Positions 7,757 to 13,267 of a stretch of DNA of 13,267 nt are shown one piece after another. The notes below the pieces were generated by a model. That model was not told where the DNA came from. It ran no database searches and saw only the letters and a list, made by a program, of their open reading frames with translations. How positions within the stretch are numbered: the stretch's first letter is position 1; each line of letters opens with the position of its first letter. The stretch comes from Candidatus Thorarchaeota archaeon (GTDB lineage: Archaea > Asgardarchaeota > Thorarchaeia > Thorarchaeales > Thorarchaeaceae), in the NCBI GenBank assembly GCA_011364905.1, contig RDNZ01000058.1:1-13267 (forward strand), given 5' to 3'. Position numbers and translations under genes: made by a program.

Positions 7757-8583
7757 CACACCATATGGTTGTGATTAAAGACAGCAGACAGATGGATGAG
7801 GTGAAAGATGCTTCAGTCCATCTTGTTGTCACTTCCCCGCCTTATTGGAATCTGAAGGATTATGGTGAAGATCAAGGTGTTGGACAGACTGCCGAAACCT
7901 ACGAGGAGTATTTCGCCTCTATCTGCGATGTATTTCGAGAATGTGTCAAGAAGCTTGTACCTGATGGCAAGCTAATAATCAATATCATGCCTATCTTACT
8001 CACCGGGAAGAACACAAAGTTCAATCGACGAGTCACAAAAACAGTTCTGCCAGAACTTGAGGAATTCATGTCTTCACTTGGAAACATGTATTTTCATTCT
8101 TTGTACATTTGGGACAAACGCAAGGCGGTCAGGTTTAGCTCGTGGGGATCTTACCCATACCCCCCAAACCTTCTCTCAACATATCCCTATGAATGGATTC
8201 TTGTCTTCTCTAAGAGTGGAAAGAGACCCCCTGTTGGTAAGAATGTCAAGGACGCCTCTGAGATATCGCATGAAGAGTTCACAAATTGGGTTCAGAACTC
8301 CATCTGGGACTTCGCTCCCGCCTCTGCAAAACAGGAAAGCCATCCTGCGCCATTCCCCGAAGAACTCCCACGAAGATGTATTCGACTATACTCCTTTGTC
8401 GGAGATACTGTTCTCGATCCATTTGCTGGAAGTGGGACGACCCTCAAGGTCGCTCGAGAGTTAGGCCGAAATTCCATTGGCTATGAAATCAATCCTGAGT
8501 TCGAATCTCTGATTCGGGAAAAAGTGCAATCTCTGGAGCATGGCGATGAGGATACTTTTCAGTTTATCAAAAGCCAAACCTAA
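7753..8583 (+). CDS. DNA amino-methyltransferase, beta class (N4-C or N6-A)
   Basis: Motif IV VVTSPPYW comes first, then GSYPYPPN, YEWILVF, HPAPFPEELP, motif I VLDPFAGSGTT and GRNSIGYEIN. Its ATG overlaps the upstream TGA (ATGA, 7753..7756). Confidence 0.92.
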   Translation: MTHHMVVIKDSRQMDEVKDASVHLVVTSPPYWNLKDYGEDQGVGQTAETYEEYFASICDVFRECVKKLVPDGKLIINIMPILLTGKNTKFNRRVTKTVLPELEEFMSSLGNMYFHSLYIWDKRKAVRFSSWGSYPYPPNLLSTYPYEWILVFSKSGKRPPVGKNVKDASEISHEEFTNWVQNSIWDFAPASAKQESHPAPFPEELPRRCIRLYSFVGDTVLDPFAGSGTTLKVARELGRNSIGYEINPEFESLIREKVQSLEHGDEDTFQFIKSQT

Positions 8584-8672
8584 TTAATCAACATAACGAC
8601 GCAAATTTATCAGGGCGAGGAAACCATGGCTCATGTTAACCTACAACTCTCCGATGGAGGCTTTCAAAACTA

Positions 8673-9893
8673 TTGACCTATGATGTCATTGTGGTTGGAG
8701 CAGGCCCTGCTGGATCGATTGCTGCGTATAATTGCGCCAGGTTTGGTCTCAAAACACTTCTGTTGGAAAAGTGCACATTGCCCAGAGAGAAACCCTGTGG
8801 CGGCGCCGTAATGTATCATGGGCTTCGGTTGATTGAAGGGAAGCTCCCCAAGGAGCTAGTAGAACAGCAGATATACGGACTGAGATTTCTTCTCAATGAT
8901 GGTCGGTCAACTGAGTTCGTTTCCGACAAGCTAATTGGAATTACTGTCTTTCGGGCCCGTTTCGACGAGTTTCTAGCAAGACGCGCAAGCGATAGAGGAG
9001 CTGACTTGGAGGAGAATGCACATGTCATTGCAGCATCTGCATCGCGCGATTCCGCAAGCGTCAAACTTGCTGACGGACGTTCATTTGACGGGAGATACCT
9101 TCTTGGAGCAGATGGAGTCAACTCTGTGATAAGCAGATCACTAGGTCTAAGACCACAACGCAAGGATCTGACAAAGGTCGGTCTTGGAATGGAGACTGAC
9201 TTTTATGTTGGCAAAGAAGGTGTGCTAAAAGCAACAAGAGGAAATCCATCCATACTTGAGATGAGTCCGGTAGAGGGGCGGGTGAGCTATGGCTGGATCT
9301 TTCCAAAAAAGGAGCACCTTGCAATTGGGATTGCCGGCGCAGCGGTTCACATGCGCGCTCTTAGACAACGTTTCGACTCCTTTTACAAGGGTGTCGAGAA
9401 GAGAATAGGTGTGAGTCTACATCTTGAGAAGAGACGAACCTTCTTTCTCGGCGGAGATGGGCTCAATAGTAAGAATGTGACGCATCGAGCAATTCTCATT
9501 GGAGATGCCGCAGGTTTTGTAGATCCTCTTATGGGTGAAGGAATTGCCTATGCGATGAAGTCTGGCGAATTTGCAGCTTCAGTCATTAACAGGGCATATG
9601 GGGATGACCGCTATGATGAAGAAGCGCTTTCCGAATATCAAGACCTCTGTCGAAAAGAGTTCTCATCTAATTTTGCCATGGCATCCCGCGTCGGGGTACG
9701 CGGGTCTTCAATGGCTGACTTCATTCTCCCAAGGGCAAACGGACACAAACTGGCATCAGAAGTGATGACAATGGTCGCCCGGGGTGAGATTGGCTATGCA
9801 GACATTCCATATGTTGTGCTCAAACGGCTCCCACGTGAATTTCCCGCTATCATCAAGCAAGTTGTTCAGTCCCATCTTCAAGCACCAAACTGA
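8673..9893 (+). CDS. geranylgeranyl reductase family FAD-dependent oxidoreductase (DGGR-like)
   Basis: YDVIVVGAGPAG, REKPCGG, RARFDEFL, GADGVNS, YGWIFPK and LIGDAAGFVDPLMGEGIAYAMKSG. TTG start with GGAGG about 12 nt upstream. Confidence 0.9.
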   Translation: MTYDVIVVGAGPAGSIAAYNCARFGLKTLLLEKCTLPREKPCGGAVMYHGLRLIEGKLPKELVEQQIYGLRFLLNDGRSTEFVSDKLIGITVFRARFDEFLARRASDRGADLEENAHVIAASASRDSASVKLADGRSFDGRYLLGADGVNSVISRSLGLRPQRKDLTKVGLGMETDFYVGKEGVLKATRGNPSILEMSPVEGRVSYGWIFPKKEHLAIGIAGAAVHMRALRQRFDSFYKGVEKRIGVSLHLEKRRTFFLGGDGLNSKNVTHRAILIGDAAGFVDPLMGEGIAYAMKSGEFAASVINRAYGDDRYDEEALSEYQDLCRKEFSSNFAMASRVGVRGSSMADFILPRANGHKLASEVMTMVARGEIGYADIPYVVLKRLPREFPAIIKQVVQSHLQAPN

Positions 9894-9931
9894 AAAACTT
9901 CATAGGTTTCCATATACTGTTCGAGTTTGCA

Positions 9932-10921
9932 ATGAAAGGAATGTGGACTGGCCTATTCGTTATCCTGTTGGTAAGTCTAGCAGGAAGTCCGTTTAGAATA
10001 CACGAGGTTTCTCATGTGCCCTTGTTTAGTGGTTCTGATGCATACTCATACCTTGTTGAACAATGCGATTTTGGTCCTCGTCCGCCTGGTTCAAACAATC
10101 TAAGTCTTTGCAGATCAATGATTAGTGAAAAGTTCCAGTCTTTTGGATGGGATGTCACATTCCAAAATTTCACCTATCATGAGGTGGAATGTATCAATAT
10201 AATAGCTAGATGGAATTCGGAGAACAACTCACCAATAATTCTGGGTGCACACTATGATACTCGCCCTCCAGGAACTTCAAGCACAGGTTCTGGTCTTGGA
10301 GCTAATGATGGGGCAAGCGGAGTAGCTGTTCTATTGGAACTTTCTGACATCCTCCAAAATGACACGCGGTCATCTGTGGAGATTGTTCTTTTTGATGCTG
10401 AGGACTCAGGAGGCATCTCAGGATGGGACTGGATTCAGGGATCGACATACTATGTATCTCAGTTGAGCACAGAGCGTAGAAACTCGATTCATGCGATGGT
10501 TCTACTTGACATGGTGGGCGATGCTAATCTTGAACTACCTCGGGAAGGTAGTTCTACAACCTCTCTTCAGAACTCAATATGGAGTATTGCTGAGCAGTTA
10601 GGATACAATGATACATTCATTGATTCCTACCGAGGTTCAGTCACTGATGATCATAGACCATTTCTAGAAGCAGGCATTCCCGCTGTTGACTTGATTCAAG
10701 TACCTTTTCCATCATACTGGCACACACTTGAAGACACACCAGACAAGTGCAGCGCAGAAAGTCTTGAGAAGGTTGGAGAGGTCATCGAAGTCTTTGTAGT
10801 AGAAGAGGCTAATAGCATCACAGAATTTCCACTTGATCAACCAATGTTGCTATTCATCGGAACAATAGTTATTGTGATTTTAGCAATTCCAATAATCTAC
10901 ATACAATTGAAGAGAAGATAG
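9932..10921 (+). CDS. exported, C-terminally membrane-anchored M28-family Zn enzyme, type II glutaminyl cyclase-like
   Basis: N-terminal hydrophobic signal, FGPRPPGS, GAHYDTRP, GANDGASG, FDAEDSG, LLDMVGD, TDDHRPF, PFPSYWHTLEDT, and a C-terminal TM helix followed by KRR. Confidence 0.85.
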   Translation: MKGMWTGLFVILLVSLAGSPFRIHEVSHVPLFSGSDAYSYLVEQCDFGPRPPGSNNLSLCRSMISEKFQSFGWDVTFQNFTYHEVECINIIARWNSENNSPIILGAHYDTRPPGTSSTGSGLGANDGASGVAVLLELSDILQNDTRSSVEIVLFDAEDSGGISGWDWIQGSTYYVSQLSTERRNSIHAMVLLDMVGDANLELPREGSSTTSLQNSIWSIAEQLGYNDTFIDSYRGSVTDDHRPFLEAGIPAVDLIQVPFPSYWHTLEDTPDKCSAESLEKVGEVIEVFVVEEANSITEFPLDQPMLLFIGTIVIVILAIPIIYIQLKRR

Positions 10922-10987
10922 AATGTTACACAGCTTTAAACTAAATGTCTCTCATAGAGCATTGAGAGAACACGATGGTGATTAAGA

Positions 10988-11875
10988 GTGGAGAAGGTGG
11001 ACCTGTATAGACCAACTGAAGTTTCACCCCCACTTCTTACAAGTATCTCAATTGCTCCTAATGGTCGTTTGATCGCCTGTGGAACTATGAGTTCTGACAT
11101 TCTTCTGATTGACTCACGTTCTGGCAATCCCAAACGGGGGATTGCAGGCCATGAAGGTGCGGTGACTGATGTGGCCTTTGTTGGGAGTACGAACTCTGTC
11201 CTATCGTGCAGCTGGGATCAGACTACCCGATTGTGGAATCGAAAAAACATCGAGGAGTCACTTATTCTAAAACACCCAAGTGAGGTAAAAGCACTTACAG
11301 TTTCACTGAAGCACGGAAAAGGTGCTTCAGGGTCCCGCGATGGTATGGTGAAAGTATTCTCTTTAAGAAGTCTAAGGACTATTCGGAATCTTCAAGCTCA
11401 TAATTCAGACATCTCTGGAGTTGCAATCATGGATGAAGAGCAGAAGATAGTGACTGCATCATATGATGGTATCTGTAGACTGTGGGACCTTGCGTCCTAT
11501 GATGCAGAGAAGACCCTAATCAAGCAGAAGAACCGTATCAGGTCGATGGCTGTAGCTTCCGATGGGACCAGTGTTTTCTTGGGTCTCCAAAGCGGAAAAA
11601 TTCTCATGGTTGATATTGTCAACACGGGAAAGAAATCAGAGCTTTCGGGACATACAGACATTGTGAGTGCCTTGTCTGTGGATCCCACTGGACAATATAT
11701 CGCGTCAGCAAGCTGGGACCGTACAATTAGAATATGGTCCTTAACAGACAACACCAAAATAGCTTCTGGGAAACTAGTGACAGGAATCGCATCAATAGCA
11801 TGGTCTCCAGATGGTACACGAATCTATTCAGCAGACTTATCGGGATCCGTAAAAGAATGGGCACCAACTCTTTGA
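10988..11875 (+). CDS. stand-alone 7-bladed WD40 beta-propeller protein
   Basis: Seven repeats end in CGTMSSDILLID, SCSWDQTTRLWN, SGSRDGMVKVFS, TASYDGICRLWD, LGLQSGKILMVD, SASWDRTIRIWS and SADLSGSVKEWA, with GH/AH/KH motifs. GTG start with SD-like GGTGA at 10977..10981. Confidence 0.92.
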   Translation: MEKVDLYRPTEVSPPLLTSISIAPNGRLIACGTMSSDILLIDSRSGNPKRGIAGHEGAVTDVAFVGSTNSVLSCSWDQTTRLWNRKNIEESLILKHPSEVKALTVSLKHGKGASGSRDGMVKVFSLRSLRTIRNLQAHNSDISGVAIMDEEQKIVTASYDGICRLWDLASYDAEKTLIKQKNRIRSMAVASDGTSVFLGLQSGKILMVDIVNTGKKSELSGHTDIVSALSVDPTGQYIASASWDRTIRIWSLTDNTKIASGKLVTGIASIAWSPDGTRIYSADLSGSVKEWAPTL

Positions 11876-11879
11876 ACTA

Positions 11880-12455
11880 TTAATCTATTGAGTCCTGTTT
11901 AGCTGCGCGAATGTCTATGTCTGCGAATCCTTCCTTGTTCCAACTTATCCTTATACGACCATATTTATTATTGATAACGCCCTCTTTCGAACCCCTGAGA
12001 ATACTGGCAATTTTATCTGCTAGCCTATTTCTACTCCGTTTATCGAATGGGATTGGAAGCAAACTACCATCGGCAAGACTCAACGTAACAGCCTTCTCAT
12101 CCAACCTAACGATTGGCTGGGAATGAATAATTCGACCAGGTTTGAAGAATGGCGTTTTATCCCTCATGCTACGAATGGTCTTTGCAAGCTTGCGATGTCG
12201 ATTAATCTCCGCTCCTGCTGTCCGAACCACATCTTCGAGATATGCACGCCTTTTGTCATACCTCTCTGAAAAGTCATCTTGTAGAACTTCAGTTGCTTTT
12301 GTGCGGGATGAAAGATGCAGCTTTAGAATCTGCTTTATTGCCCAGTTTGTTGCTCTTCCATATTTCTGAAGCTCTTCTTCAAGAAGGATTTGTTTCTCTC
12401 TTCTTAGTGTAATACTCAGTAGTTTCAGTATCTCAACATCCTTCATAGACAACAC
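11880..12455 (-). CDS. basic protein resembling the N-terminal WED/REC lobe of TnpB/Cas12f, lacking RuvC
   Basis: A beta strand (VEILKL) is followed by helix EKQILLEEELQKYGRATNWAI, a helical bundle, PFFK, a beta-rich VRLDEKAVTLSLADGSLLPIPF, IASILRG and a terminal hairpin YGRIRISWNKEGFADIDIR. K/R-rich. Probable ATG at 12446. The CDS call is firmer than the family call. Confidence 0.6.
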   Translation of the reverse strand: MLSMKDVEILKLLSITLRREKQILLEEELQKYGRATNWAIKQILKLHLSSRTKATEVLQDDFSERYDKRRAYLEDVVRTAGAEINRHRKLAKTIRSMRDKTPFFKPGRIIHSQPIVRLDEKAVTLSLADGSLLPIPFDKRSRNRLADKIASILRGSKEGVINNKYGRIRISWNKEGFADIDIRAAKQDSID

Positions 12456-12492
12456 AAATCAAGAAAATTCAAACCAACCTAATCAATCTAAC

Positions 12493-13266
12493 CTAGATTC
12501 GCTGTGCTATGAATTGGGCTTCTCCAATAATCCTAACGATTTCTTTTGGAAGTATGTCATATGCACCATGCTCTACAAGAATCTCCTCATAAAATCCCGG
12601 TTCAGTTTCGCTAAGTTGGTCCATGAATACGCCATCAACCAGACTGGAGAATTCCTTGAGAGTTATGAGCGTTCTCCCCAAAGAACGAGCAGCCTGACGC
12701 ATCTCTAGAACAGCTAGCTCATAGTCGCCATTGTATGTCAGTACCAATGAACCATGATATTCTCTCTGAGCCTCTGACAACAGACCTGTGGCAAGCACAG
12801 CTTGTTCGTCGATTCCTACCTCACTTATTCGAGATTCAGCAATGTCCAACCATTGGCGGAGATCATTCAATGCCACTAGCAGTTTGGATTCATCCATCCC
12901 TTTAAGCTTGAATGCTCTCAGGAACAGTGAATAGATCATAGGATCGAGCATTCGAACTTCGGTCAAGATTTCAGCAGGCTTTAGTATCAAGAAGTTGTTG
13001 TTCACCATGAGGATAACCCGTCCCAGATTGAATATGCCTTGGCGCATCTCGAAAATTGCACTTGGAGCTTCATCATCATCAACGAATTTCCTTGCTCTAT
13101 CAAGATCTTCTAGTGCTGTTCTCTTGACCTGTAAAATGCACTCCTCAGACCAGACATAGTCCAATACTTTCTTTTGCCAGTTCTTGACCATCCCCTTGGA
13201 ATCATGCATCACTGAGGAGTTTCTCAAACGGTTGATGACTTCTGAGATCTTGGTGAAATCCGTTGT
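12493..13266 (-). CDS. C-terminal part of a probable nucleotidyltransferase fused to two HEPN-like helical domains (5' end outside the window)
   Basis: The frame is open to the window edge (TTDFTKISEVINRLRNSSVMHDSKG...). VMHDSKG resembles the 'LYDxxG' end of minimal nucleotidyltransferase domains. Internal duplication: ALEDLDRARKFVDDDEAPSAIFEMRQGIFNLGRVIL versus LSEAQREYHGSLVLTYNGDYELAVLEMRQAARSLGRTLI. Confidence 0.6.
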   Translation of the reverse strand, partial: TTDFTKISEVINRLRNSSVMHDSKGMVKNWQKKVLDYVWSEECILQVKRTALEDLDRARKFVDDDEAPSAIFEMRQGIFNLGRVILMVNNNFLILKPAEILTEVRMLDPMIYSLFLRAFKLKGMDESKLLVALNDLRQWLDIAESRISEVGIDEQAVLATGLLSEAQREYHGSLVLTYNGDYELAVLEMRQAARSLGRTLITLKEFSSLVDGVFMDQLSETEPGFYEEILVEHGAYDILPKEIVRIIGEAQFIAQRI

Positions 13267-13267
13267 G

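Noticed and set aside
7343-9996. Short ORFs nested in the MTase and reductase genes, considered as a hidden restriction nuclease or controller
   Set aside because: All are shadows of strong genes, and none shows PD-(D/E)xK, HNH or HTH patterns.
10936-11879. Frameshifted RuvC half of TnpB or an IS right end downstream of 11880
   Set aside because: The region is occupied by the intact WD40 gene on the opposite strand, and the minus-strand ORFs (10936, 11497) show no RuvC or Zn-finger motifs.
11880-12455. Active IS200/IS605 mobile element
   Set aside because: There is no tnpA, no nuclease domain and no terminal hairpins, and the gene is tightly packed between neighbouring genes.
1-13267. CRISPR array, tRNA or rRNA
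   Set aside because: No regularly spaced repeats or cloverleaf/rRNA signatures were seen, and all intergenic gaps are under about 185 nt.

Overview
Gene-dense archaeal window. The content (Mer-like LLM proteins, AfpA, geranylgeranyl reductase, double-HTH Lrp-like regulators, a stand-alone WD40 protein) suggests an Asgard archaeon, possibly Thorarchaeia; this is an inference, not a database result. In order: the end of a probable Lrp/AsnC-like gene and a full-length paralog; two tandem Mer-like LLM oxidoreductases divergent from archaeoflavoprotein AfpA; a Mig-type T/U:G mismatch DNA glycosylase; two small Zn-binding proteins; a uridine/nucleoside phosphorylase; an overlapping alpha+beta pair of amino-DNA methyltransferases with no nuclease; a geranylgeranyl reductase-family enzyme; a membrane-anchored M28/glutaminyl-cyclase-like enzyme; a 7-blade WD40 protein; and two minus-strand genes. 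The most striking item is 11880..12455(-). It reads like the isolated WED+REC (guide/TAM-recognition) lobe of a TnpB/Cas12f protein that stops before RuvC, with no IS context. It lies directly downstream of a probable nucleotidyltransferase with two HEPN-like domains. No rRNA, tRNA or CRISPR array was seen. All family calls come from motif recognition by eye.
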